Positions 28,517 to 36,975 of a stretch of DNA of 43,951 bases are shown here, in pieces. Position 1 is the first letter of the stretch, and each line of letters opens with the position of its first letter. The stretch covers positions 9,689-53,639 of the forward strand of contig JBMLOK010000424.1 of the NCBI GenBank assembly GCA_049243005.1. The letters are read 5' to 3'. Both the position numbers and the translations under genes were made by a program. This DNA is from Bacteroidia bacterium. GTDB taxonomy: Bacteria > Bacteroidota > Bacteroidia > UKL13-3. Below the pieces are notes generated by a model that did not search any database, had not been told where the DNA came from, and saw nothing but the letters and a program-made list of their open reading frames with translations.

Positions 28517-31500
28517 ATGAATAGCCTTGTAAAAACGAAAAAACTTATACTATTTCTAAGTTTCTTGATTCTATTTTTTACCAATACAGTTTTTGGACAG
28601 AATATTTTCTCAGGTGAGCCAGTTCAGGTAGTTGGTCAAATGAATTCCTATTCTACAACATCTGCATCTAATTCAAGTTATAGAAGAATTTCTGTTTCAA
28701 CAGGAACTCCTACAGATGGAAGAGGACAATGGGTAAAAACATATAATGTTCAATCAAGTGGTGGAGATTTTACTCCAAGAAACATGAGTGGTGGCGGGGG
28801 AAATGGCTTCTTGTTTATTTCCGGTCCTTCTTCAAACAGGTTTCAAAACAAATGGGTATTTTCAGGAACTTCTGTTGCTGCTTTAAATGCGATTAATAAT
28901 GTTTCGGCTTTTAATTCCGGTAACGATATGGGACTAAATATGAATACTGCCGGTAGATATACTTTTGTTTTTAATGATTGTGGATATACTGCAACAAATG
29001 CAAAGTTTTATATTGCTTATACTCAAAATGCTCCGGTTACTGTTACAAGAAATTCCGTTACTGTTAATCCTGATAGAAGCGCTACAGTTGCTATCTCAAG
29101 TTCCGATTCATTGTCACCAACAGAAAATATTTATGTAAGATATTCTACTGGTGCAAATTTTGCATCTACAGGAACAAGTGCAATTGTTCAGGCAAGTCCA
29201 ACAAATGCTCCAACCAATACAACTTGGACAGCTACTATTCCAACAACCGGTACAGTTAGCAGTACTATCAGATATTATGTTTTTACTTCAACACTAAGTT
29301 TAAGTGCTTTAAATTCATTAATCGAATTAGAAAAATCTTTGGCAGTTATTCGTATTGATGATAGCCTTGGTTTAAATTACCAATATACCTTTCCATCAAC
29401 ATTCACATCCGTACAAAGCGGAAATTTCAGTGATGCAGCAACTTGGGGAACTGCTTATGTAGCAGGAGGTAATTATGTTATTTCAAACGGACATACTGTT
29501 ACAATAGATGCAAATAGTTCAGTAAATACCATTCAAATCAATGCTGGTGGAACATTAGTTGGTGACAATGGCACTGCGAAAACCTTAACCATAGCAAGTG
29601 GAGGTAGTTTCAGTAATTCAGGAACCTATACTTCAAGTTCATTTAGTACAATAAGTTTTGCTGGCTCAGGAAGTATAACAGGAACAACCGCATTTGGAAA
29701 TGTAAGTATTGCAGGTGGCGTAGATTTTGGAAGCGGCTCAAGTATCAATCATAACTTAACACTTCAACCGGGTTCATTTATTCAAACCAATGCACCAACC
29801 TATAATTCAGGATCAACCTTAATTTATAATACAGGTGGCACTTATGGAAGAAGTTTAGAATGGAGTGCATCGAGTGGAGTTGCTTATCCTCACCATGTTC
29901 AAATAAGCGGTAATACAACCTTAAACTTAAAGGGTGGTAGTAATACTGCTCGCTTTATGGCTGGTAACCTAACAATAGATGCAGGTTCAGGATTAAGTCT
30001 ACAGGATTTGACTATTACTAATCCAACTGTAATCGGATTAACAGTAGGAGGTAATATCCTCAACAATGGAACTGTTAATATGGGAACATCAACAGAAAGA
30101 ATAGTTGCAGGTTCTTATACCAATTCAACAGGAGCAACCACAAGTTTGAGTTCATTAAGTGGAGGCGATTTAGAAATCACAGGAAACTTATTAGATAATG
30201 GAACATTCAATTCCAATTCAAGAGCAGTATTTTTTAGTGGCTCATCGGTTCAAGAAGTAAGTGGTTCAGGTACATTTAATATCGATTATATCGTATCGAA
30301 TAAAAGTGCTGGCAGTATAAGAATGATGTCTGATTTATTGTGTGAAGGTCCAAATGGAGGAAATGCCATCACCTTAAATAATGTAACAGATGAACTTGAT
30401 TTAAACGGATTTAATTTAACACTAGGGAAATCAGGAGTTACCTCAGGATTTAGTGGTTCGGGAAGTTTCATAGGAGATGCAAGTTCTAATTTAACGATAT
30501 TGGGAAATGGAAGTTTTGGAACAATTCGATTCAGTTCTGGTTCAGAAATTATTGATTCCCTAAATATGAACAGACAAAGTTCAGGCAATGTAAACTTGGG
30601 AAGTGATTTAAATATATCGGGAGCCTTGACACTAACACAAGGTAATCTTCAAGTATTATCGAATTATATTTTACGCTACTCAGGAAGTTCAATCAGCAGA
30701 ACAGGAGGAACCTTACAAATAGGCAATAGTGGCAATGAATTGATATTTGAGAACAGTAGCAATTTGGTATTACCTGCATCAATTTTCAATGGGAATATTC
30801 AAACGCTTCGCATCAATGGAACAGGAAGTTTAACCATAAGTTCTGCCATCAGTATCAATAATTATTTGGTATTAAATGGTGGAAATTTAATTGGAAGCAG
30901 CAGTAATAGTATCAGTTTATTAAATAGTTCAGATACATCCTTAAACAGAATAGGTGGATATATCGAAGGTTCATTAATCAGAAGAATTCCGGCAAGCAGT
31001 GCAGGAACAATCAGTTATTTGTATCCAATAGGAAAAGTAAGTTATAGTCCATTTGAGTTGGTAAATCCAATCACCACAAGTGGAGGAGTAGTTGATATAA
31101 AAGCAGAAGTATTTGAAACAAGTACAGGTGGAACAGCAGGTACAAATATGTTCAGCATTAGCAGCAATAGATATTGGGAAAGTTCAATTAGTTCAGGAGC
31201 AAGTAATTTCACAAGCACAAATATCAAACTAACAGAAGCTTCAATTGGAACCATGAATGCCATTGCTTTAAGTGCAACTTTAACTGGTGCTTATGCTAAA
31301 TCGAGTGAACTTAATCCAGTAGGAAATTCAATTACTACATCTTCAATAAGCAGTCTTGGATTTTGGGTTTTTGGAGAAGCAATTCCAACTCTTACATCCG
31401 TACAAAGTGGAAATTTCAGTGATGCAGCAACTTGGGGAACAGCATATGTAGCAGGAGGAAATTATATTATTTCAAACGGACATACTGTTACTGTAGATGC

Positions 31501-33961
31501 AAATAGTTCAATAAACACAATTCAAATCAATTCAGGTGGAACTTTAGTAGGTGACAATGGCACAGCTAAAACCTTAAGCATAGCAAACGGCGGTAGTTTC
31601 AGTAATTCTGGAACCTATACTTCAAGTTCATTTAGTACAATAAGTTTTGCTGGCTCAGGAAGTATAACAGGAACAACCGCATTTGGAAATGTAAGTATTG
31701 CAGGTGGCGTAGATTTTGGAAGCGGCTCAAGTATCAATCATAACTTAACACTTCAACCGGGTTCATTTATTCAAACCAATGCACCAACCTATAATTCAGG
31801 ATCAACCTTAATTTATAATACAGGTGGCACTTATGGAAGAAGTTTAGAATGGAGTGCATCGAGTGGAGTTGCTTATCCTCACCATGTTCAAATAAGCGGT
31901 AATACAACCTTAAACTTAAAGGGTGGTAGTAATACTGCTCGCTTTATGGCTGGTAACCTAACAATAGATGCAGGTTCAGGATTAAGTCTACAGGATTTGA
32001 CTATTACTAATCCAACTGTAATCGGATTAACAGTAGGAGGTAATATCCTCAACAATGGAACTGTTAATATGGGAACATCAACAGAAAGAATAGTTGCAGG
32101 TTCTTATACCAATTCAACAGGAGCAACCACAAGTTTGAGTTCATTAAGTGGAGGCGATTTAGAAATCACAGGAAACTTATTAGATAATGGAACATTCAAT
32201 TCCAATTCAAGAGCAGTATTTTTTAGTGGCTCATCGGTTCAAGAAGTAAGTGGTTCAGGTACATTTAATATCGATTATATCGTATCGAATAAAAGTGCTG
32301 GCAGTATAAGAATGATGTCTGATTTATTGTGTGAAGGTCCAAATGGAGGAAATGCCATCACCTTAAATAATGTAACAGATGAACTTGATTTAAACGGATT
32401 TAATTTAACACTAGGGAAATCAGGAGTTACCTCAGGATTTAGTGGTTCGGGAAGTTTCATAGGAGATGCAAGTTCTAATTTAACGATATTGGGAAATGGA
32501 AGTTTTGGAACAATTCGATTCAGTTCTGGTTCAGAAATTATTGATTCCCTAAATATGAACAGACAAAGTTCAGGCAATGTAAACTTGGGAAGTGATTTAA
32601 ATATATCGGGAGCCTTGACACTAACACAAGGTAATCTTCAAGTATTATCGAATTATATTTTACGCTACTCAGGAAGTTCAATCAGCAGAACAGGAGGAAC
32701 CTTACAAATAGGCAATAGTGGCAATGAATTGATATTTGAGAACAGTAGCAATTTGGTATTACCTGCATCAATTTTCAATGGGAATATTCAAACGCTTCGC
32801 ATCAATGGAACAGGAAGTTTAACCATAAGTTCTGCCATCAGTATCAATAATTATTTGGTATTAAATGGTGGAAATTTAATTGGAAGCAGCAGTAATAGTA
32901 TCAGTTTATTAAATAGTTCAGATACATCCTTAAACAGAATAGGTGGATATATCGAAGGTTCATTAATCAGAAGAATTCCGGCAAGCAGTGCAGGAACAAT
33001 CAGTTATTTGTATCCAATAGGAAAAGTAAGTTATAGTCCATTTGAGTTGGTAAATCCAATCACCACAAGTGGAGGAGTAGTTGATATAAAAGCAGAAGTA
33101 TTTGAAACAAGTACAGGTGGAACAGCAGGTACAAATATGTTCAGCATTAGCAGCAATAGATATTGGGAAAGTTCAATTAGTTCAGGAGCAAGTAATTTCA
33201 CAAGCACAAATATCAAACTAACAGAAGCTTCAATTGGAACCATGAATGCCATTGCTAGAAGTGCAACTTTAACTGGTGCATATAGCAAAGCAAATACGAG
33301 CGCTGCAAGTGGAAGTTCTATTACAAGTAATTCTTTGACTTCATTAGGATACTTTTTATTTGGAGTAGATTCTTCTTCATTAAGTTCATCGGCAACATTA
33401 AATATAACTGCATTTTTAGAAGGCTTGTATTTAGGTTCCTCAAGCATGACAGCCTCACCGTTTAATGCTGATGGAGTTACCTCGAATTCAATTGCAGATA
33501 CAATAACAATTATTCTACATGACAAAAATAATTTTGATAGTATTTATGCAGTTAGTGGTACCATCAGCACATCCGGATTAGCAAGTTTATCACTGCCTTC
33601 ACTTTATATAGGAAATGCATATTATATAGCCATTAAACATAGAAACTCATTAGAAACATGGACAGCTGATACAGTAGTAATTACATCAACTACTAGTTAT
33701 AATTTTTCAGATGATGCGCTTAAAGCTTATGGCTCTAATTTAATTAATTTAGGTTCAGGTGTATTTGGAATTTATTCAGGAGATATCAATCAAGATGGTT
33801 CAATAGATTTTCTTGATTATCCAGATTTGGATATAGGTTCTCTTAATGGTGATTTAGGTTATTTGAACACTGATTTAAATGGGGATGCTTCCGTCGATTT
33901 TCTCGATTATCCAATAATTGATTTAAATTCTATAAACGGTGTTTTTTTAATGAGGCCATAG
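28517..33961 (+). CDS. giant secreted beta-helix-like surface protein with two 663-aa tandem modules and a dockerin-like C-terminal module
   Basis: 1,814 aa with Sec signal MNSLVKTKKLILFLSFLILFFTNTVFG|Q. The modules are G/S/N/T-rich and open with SGNFSDAATWGTAYVAGGNY.ISNGHTVT.DANS, a typical parallel beta-helix cap-like opening. The C-terminus carries GDINQDGSIDFLDY and DLNGDASVDFLDY. Confidence 0.85.
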   Translation: MNSLVKTKKLILFLSFLILFFTNTVFGQNIFSGEPVQVVGQMNSYSTTSASNSSYRRISVSTGTPTDGRGQWVKTYNVQSSGGDFTPRNMSGGGGNGFLFISGPSSNRFQNKWVFSGTSVAALNAINNVSAFNSGNDMGLNMNTAGRYTFVFNDCGYTATNAKFYIAYTQNAPVTVTRNSVTVNPDRSATVAISSSDSLSPTENIYVRYSTGANFASTGTSAIVQASPTNAPTNTTWTATIPTTGTVSSTIRYYVFTSTLSLSALNSLIELEKSLAVIRIDDSLGLNYQYTFPSTFTSVQSGNFSDAATWGTAYVAGGNYVISNGHTVTIDANSSVNTIQINAGGTLVGDNGTAKTLTIASGGSFSNSGTYTSSSFSTISFAGSGSITGTTAFGNVSIAGGVDFGSGSSINHNLTLQPGSFIQTNAPTYNSGSTLIYNTGGTYGRSLEWSASSGVAYPHHVQISGNTTLNLKGGSNTARFMAGNLTIDAGSGLSLQDLTITNPTVIGLTVGGNILNNGTVNMGTSTERIVAGSYTNSTGATTSLSSLSGGDLEITGNLLDNGTFNSNSRAVFFSGSSVQEVSGSGTFNIDYIVSNKSAGSIRMMSDLLCEGPNGGNAITLNNVTDELDLNGFNLTLGKSGVTSGFSGSGSFIGDASSNLTILGNGSFGTIRFSSGSEIIDSLNMNRQSSGNVNLGSDLNISGALTLTQGNLQVLSNYILRYSGSSISRTGGTLQIGNSGNELIFENSSNLVLPASIFNGNIQTLRINGTGSLTISSAISINNYLVLNGGNLIGSSSNSISLLNSSDTSLNRIGGYIEGSLIRRIPASSAGTISYLYPIGKVSYSPFELVNPITTSGGVVDIKAEVFETSTGGTAGTNMFSISSNRYWESSISSGASNFTSTNIKLTEASIGTMNAIALSATLTGAYAKSSELNPVGNSITTSSISSLGFWVFGEAIPTLTSVQSGNFSDAATWGTAYVAGGNYIISNGHTVTVDANSSINTIQINSGGTLVGDNGTAKTLSIANGGSFSNSGTYTSSSFSTISFAGSGSITGTTAFGNVSIAGGVDFGSGSSINHNLTLQPGSFIQTNAPTYNSGSTLIYNTGGTYGRSLEWSASSGVAYPHHVQISGNTTLNLKGGSNTARFMAGNLTIDAGSGLSLQDLTITNPTVIGLTVGGNILNNGTVNMGTSTERIVAGSYTNSTGATTSLSSLSGGDLEITGNLLDNGTFNSNSRAVFFSGSSVQEVSGSGTFNIDYIVSNKSAGSIRMMSDLLCEGPNGGNAITLNNVTDELDLNGFNLTLGKSGVTSGFSGSGSFIGDASSNLTILGNGSFGTIRFSSGSEIIDSLNMNRQSSGNVNLGSDLNISGALTLTQGNLQVLSNYILRYSGSSISRTGGTLQIGNSGNELIFENSSNLVLPASIFNGNIQTLRINGTGSLTISSAISINNYLVLNGGNLIGSSSNSISLLNSSDTSLNRIGGYIEGSLIRRIPASSAGTISYLYPIGKVSYSPFELVNPITTSGGVVDIKAEVFETSTGGTAGTNMFSISSNRYWESSISSGASNFTSTNIKLTEASIGTMNAIARSATLTGAYSKANTSAASGSSITSNSLTSLGYFLFGVDSSSLSSSATLNITAFLEGLYLGSSSMTASPFNADGVTSNSIADTITIILHDKNNFDSIYAVSGTISTSGLASLSLPSLYIGNAYYIAIKHRNSLETWTADTVVITSTTSYNFSDDALKAYGSNLINLGSGVFGIYSGDINQDGSIDFLDYPDLDIGSLNGDLGYLNTDLNGDASVDFLDYPIIDLNSINGVFLMRP
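29405..33382 (+). repeat. in-frame tandem direct repeat, 2 x 1,989 bp
   Basis: Unit 1 is 29405-31393 and unit 2 is 31394-33382. The core 29621-31267 is identical to 31610-33256 by eye (several lines spot-checked base by base, and the translations match). The edges are diverged. Confidence 0.9.
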
Positions 33962-33992
33962 TTTCTCAAAAAAAACAAAAGAATAGTTCAAA

Positions 33993-34019
33993 ATAAAGGC
34001 GGCCATTGGCCGCCTTTAT
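33993..34019. terminator. bidirectional rho-independent terminator
   Basis: GGCGGCC (33998-34004), loop ATT, GGCCGCC (34008-34014), extended by flanking ATAAA/TTTAT. It sits between convergent genes. Confidence 0.7.
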
Positions 34020-34038
34020 TTTTATCATTAATTACAAT

Positions 34039-34497
34039 TTAAATCAATTGTTTACTATGTGCTTTTGTATCTACTTTCTCTATAATATTTGAAAGTTTTC
34101 CTTTGCCGTCAATTACAAAAGTAGTTCTTAAAATTCCCATGTATTTTCTTCCATACATGCTTTTTTCTCCCCAAACTCCATAGGCTTCAGCCACTGAATG
34201 ATCTTCATCTGCCAACAATGAAAATGGAAGTTCATGTTTGTCTATAAATTTTTGATGTTTCTTTTCACTATCAGGACTCACACCTAAAATCTCAAATCCT
34301 TTACTTAAAAAGCTTTGATAATTGTCTCTTAAATCACAAGCTTCTGCAGTACAACCTGGTGTATCATCTTTTGGATAGAAATATAAAACTAGATTTTTTC
34401 CTTTAAAATCCTTCAATGAAACCAATTCTCCTTTTTCGTTTTTACATGAAAAGTTTGGAGCTTTATCTCCTATATTTAATTTTATTGTCATATCCAA
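34039..34497 (-). CDS. bcp: thioredoxin-dependent peroxiredoxin Bcp
   Basis: 152 aa with the peroxiredoxin active site FYPKDDTPGCTAEAC and full-length Bcp-like sequence. Confidence 0.9.
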   Translation of the reverse strand: MDMTIKLNIGDKAPNFSCKNEKGELVSLKDFKGKNLVLYFYPKDDTPGCTAEACDLRDNYQSFLSKGFEILGVSPDSEKKHQKFIDKHELPFSLLADEDHSVAEAYGVWGEKSMYGRKYMGILRTTFVIDGKGKLSNIIEKVDTKAHSKQLI

Positions 34498-34522
34498 TAA
34501 ACCTACTTGTTAAAGTTTTGTT

Positions 34523-36310
34523 TTACCAATCTAGTTGCCAGGTTTTTTCAAATTTGTTTCCTTTTTTATCAACTAGTTTTATACTCCAGTTGGCTTGGGT
34601 ATTATTTAAAAGCCCATTCGATTTTTCCCTGTAATAAACTTCATCAAAAGTGTAAATCAATAAATCATTTTTAGCATCATAATCACTAAGAACCCAATTA
34701 TTATTTAAGTATAAATCATAAGTTGCTATTCCCGAAAACTGATCATCTATTCTAATTCTAATTGAGGTGGTATCTCTTGCATTAAGCAAATTCGCAGTTG
34801 GTGATATACTATCTGCCGCTATTGTATAATTACCAAAACTTCCAATTTCTCCTTTAACCTTGTTATTGTAAAATTTCCCGCCGGCATAACTTAGTTTTCC
34901 TGCTTTGTTAACACTTGCCAGACATAAATATTTTGAATCACTAAATGAATAATCTGTAATATCAATTTCAATGCTTAAAGTTTTATGAATTGGTGTTAAA
35001 TTCTGATGTACTTTATACACTGGTGAAAAGGTGTTTTTTACTGATTCAGTTTTGTAACAATCTAAATAAATGCTGTCATAAAAATCTCCGGGTTCCGATT
35101 CAATTTTAAATCCTGGGAAACTAAATTTGTTCTTGGTATTTGGCTTCCACAATGGTTTTGATTGTATAGATTGGAAGTATTTTTCCTTTTCAGAATTCAA
35201 CTCGGGTTCTCCAGTTTTTACATACATCATTACATAGGTATAGTTATCATTGATATCTCCTAAATAAACAATAATTGAGTCGAGGTGATTGGGCTTTAAA
35301 TAAAATTTCCCTTTCTGCTTATTTGTTTCAATCATACTAAATGGATTTCCATCATCCTTAAAACACTTTTGTATTCTTTGTTGATTGAGTTTATACCAAG
35401 GGTAATCGATATGTTGATTGATGTATTTACTTTCACTAAAAGCAAACCGTTTCAATTTAAAGCCAAATATTTTTCTGTTTTGATGAATCAATCCGTAGTC
35501 ATACAAACCTTTTTCATCTCTTGTTTGATGGATATAATCATAACCTGCAATACCTAAGCCATATTGTTCAGGTGGAAGTTGAATAGTATCTTCATACACC
35601 AAAAGTTTGTGATATAAATAAACACTATCTCTTTGATACAATTTCTTTTGTTGAATAGGGATACGTTTTTGCAACAATAATCCTTCAGGAACAAACTGGT
35701 AAAAATGAACAACAGATAGAAATGGTTTTATAGTATCATTCGGTAACATTCCAAACAATCCGGGATTCCAGATTTCTTCAGTTCTTGTTTCTCTGATTTC
35801 AAAATGTAAATGAGGCCCTGTTGAGCCACCACTATTACCAGATAAACCAATTGTATCGCCTTTTTTTACCCAGATAAATGCTTGTTTAAAAACAGTGTCA
35901 AATGCGAATTTTTGTTGTTTGTATTGGTGCTTTTTTATCCAATCGGCTATTGCACCTTTGTAACATTGTAGATGACCATAAACACTTGTAAAACCATTTG
36001 GATGGTCAATATAAATTGCTTTTCCATAACCATTCGAAGCAATCTTAATTCTGGAGATATAACCATCCGCAACAGCGTAAACTGGAAGCCCTTCTTTTTC
36101 TTGTGTTTTTAAATCTACTCCGCTATGAAAGTGATTGTCTCTCATTGCTCCAAACGGAGAAACAAAGTGAGGCAATGAATCCATTGGATACCTGAAATAA
36201 GGTTTATAATCACCTTGTGCATTTGCTTGAATTCTTAGAACGAAAAGCAAGAATAAAAGCACACTTTTTATTATGCTGAAATTGTATGGTTTATTAATGT
36301 TTATTTTCAA
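34523..36310 (-). CDS. M23 family metallopeptidase with large C-terminal extension
   Basis: 595 aa with a signal peptide and the zinc ligand motifs HFHSGVDL and GPHLHFEI. Confidence 0.85.
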   Translation of the reverse strand: MKININKPYNFSIIKSVLLFLLFVLRIQANAQGDYKPYFRYPMDSLPHFVSPFGAMRDNHFHSGVDLKTQEKEGLPVYAVADGYISRIKIASNGYGKAIYIDHPNGFTSVYGHLQCYKGAIADWIKKHQYKQQKFAFDTVFKQAFIWVKKGDTIGLSGNSGGSTGPHLHFEIRETRTEEIWNPGLFGMLPNDTIKPFLSVVHFYQFVPEGLLLQKRIPIQQKKLYQRDSVYLYHKLLVYEDTIQLPPEQYGLGIAGYDYIHQTRDEKGLYDYGLIHQNRKIFGFKLKRFAFSESKYINQHIDYPWYKLNQQRIQKCFKDDGNPFSMIETNKQKGKFYLKPNHLDSIIVYLGDINDNYTYVMMYVKTGEPELNSEKEKYFQSIQSKPLWKPNTKNKFSFPGFKIESEPGDFYDSIYLDCYKTESVKNTFSPVYKVHQNLTPIHKTLSIEIDITDYSFSDSKYLCLASVNKAGKLSYAGGKFYNNKVKGEIGSFGNYTIAADSISPTANLLNARDTTSIRIRIDDQFSGIATYDLYLNNNWVLSDYDAKNDLLIYTFDEVYYREKSNGLLNNTQANWSIKLVDKKGNKFEKTWQLDW

Positions 36311-36311
36311 T

Positions 36312-36917
36312 TTATTTTACCTCGCAATGCAGCATTTTTTTATCACCAATAAATCCTTCAAGTTTATCTCCAATTTTAACCTGACCCACACCGGCAGGAG
36401 TTCCGGTATAAATCAAATCACCTACTTTTAAAGTGAAATATTGAGAGATAAAACTTACAATTTTATCGAATGAAAATATCATATCATTAGAATTACCATT
36501 TTGCACCAATTCACCATTTTTTAATAAGGAAAATTGTATTGGATTTTGTAAGTCATTTACATTTAAAAATTCACCAATAGGAGCAGAGCCATCAAAAGCT
36601 TTTGCCAGTTCCCATGGTAATCCTTTTTGTTTTAATTGAGTTTGTAAATCTCTTGCAGTAAAGTCGATTCCAAAACCAATTTCGGAATAGTAATTTGAAG
36701 CGAATTTCTCCTGAATTTTCTTTCCCATTTTGCTGATTTTAATAACAAGTTCAGCTTCATAATGAACATCATTACTAAAATCAGGAAGGTAAAAATCCTC
36801 ACCATTTTTTAATAATGCTGTATCGGGTTTACTAAAGATTACAGGATTTTCTGGTACAGCATTTCCTAATTCTTTTGCATGTTCACTATAATTTCTTCCT
36901 ACACAGAATATTTTCAT
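36312..36917 (-). CDS. fumarylacetoacetate hydrolase (FAH) family protein
   Basis: 201 aa: MKIFCVGRNYSEHAKE..., GFGIDFTARD, and YTGTPAGVG, as in short FAH-fold enzymes. Confidence 0.85.
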   Translation of the reverse strand: MKIFCVGRNYSEHAKELGNAVPENPVIFSKPDTALLKNGEDFYLPDFSNDVHYEAELVIKISKMGKKIQEKFASNYYSEIGFGIDFTARDLQTQLKQKGLPWELAKAFDGSAPIGEFLNVNDLQNPIQFSLLKNGELVQNGNSNDMIFSFDKIVSFISQYFTLKVGDLIYTGTPAGVGQVKIGDKLEGFIGDKKMLHCEVK

Positions 36918-36936
36918 TTTCTTTTTTTCTGAAATT

Positions 36937-36971
36937 AAAATCAGGCAATCAAATTTTGATTGCCTGATTTT
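36937..36971. terminator. perfect palindromic hairpin between the M3 peptidase and FAH genes
   Basis: AAAATCAGGCAATCAAA (36937-36953) pairs with TTTGATTGCCTGATTTT (36955-36971). It lies immediately downstream of the peptidase stop. Confidence 0.5.
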
Positions 36972-36975
36972 AAAA

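Noticed and set aside
29405-33382. Possibility that the two repeat units are a diversity-generating retroelement template/variable repeat pair.
   Set aside because: Differences between the units are not restricted to adenine positions of one copy, are mostly synonymous, and sit at the unit edges. No reverse transcriptase gene is present in the window.
30286-33525. Minus-strand ORFs inside the giant gene: 30286-30588, 31042-31263, 32275-32577 and 33031-33525. Two of them are identical 100-aa ORFs.
   Set aside because: They are antisense to a 1,814-aa ORF with a coherent signal peptide and domain structure. Their identity simply reflects the 1,989-bp duplication. Their low-complexity hydrophobic translations are typical of antisense frames in AT-rich DNA.
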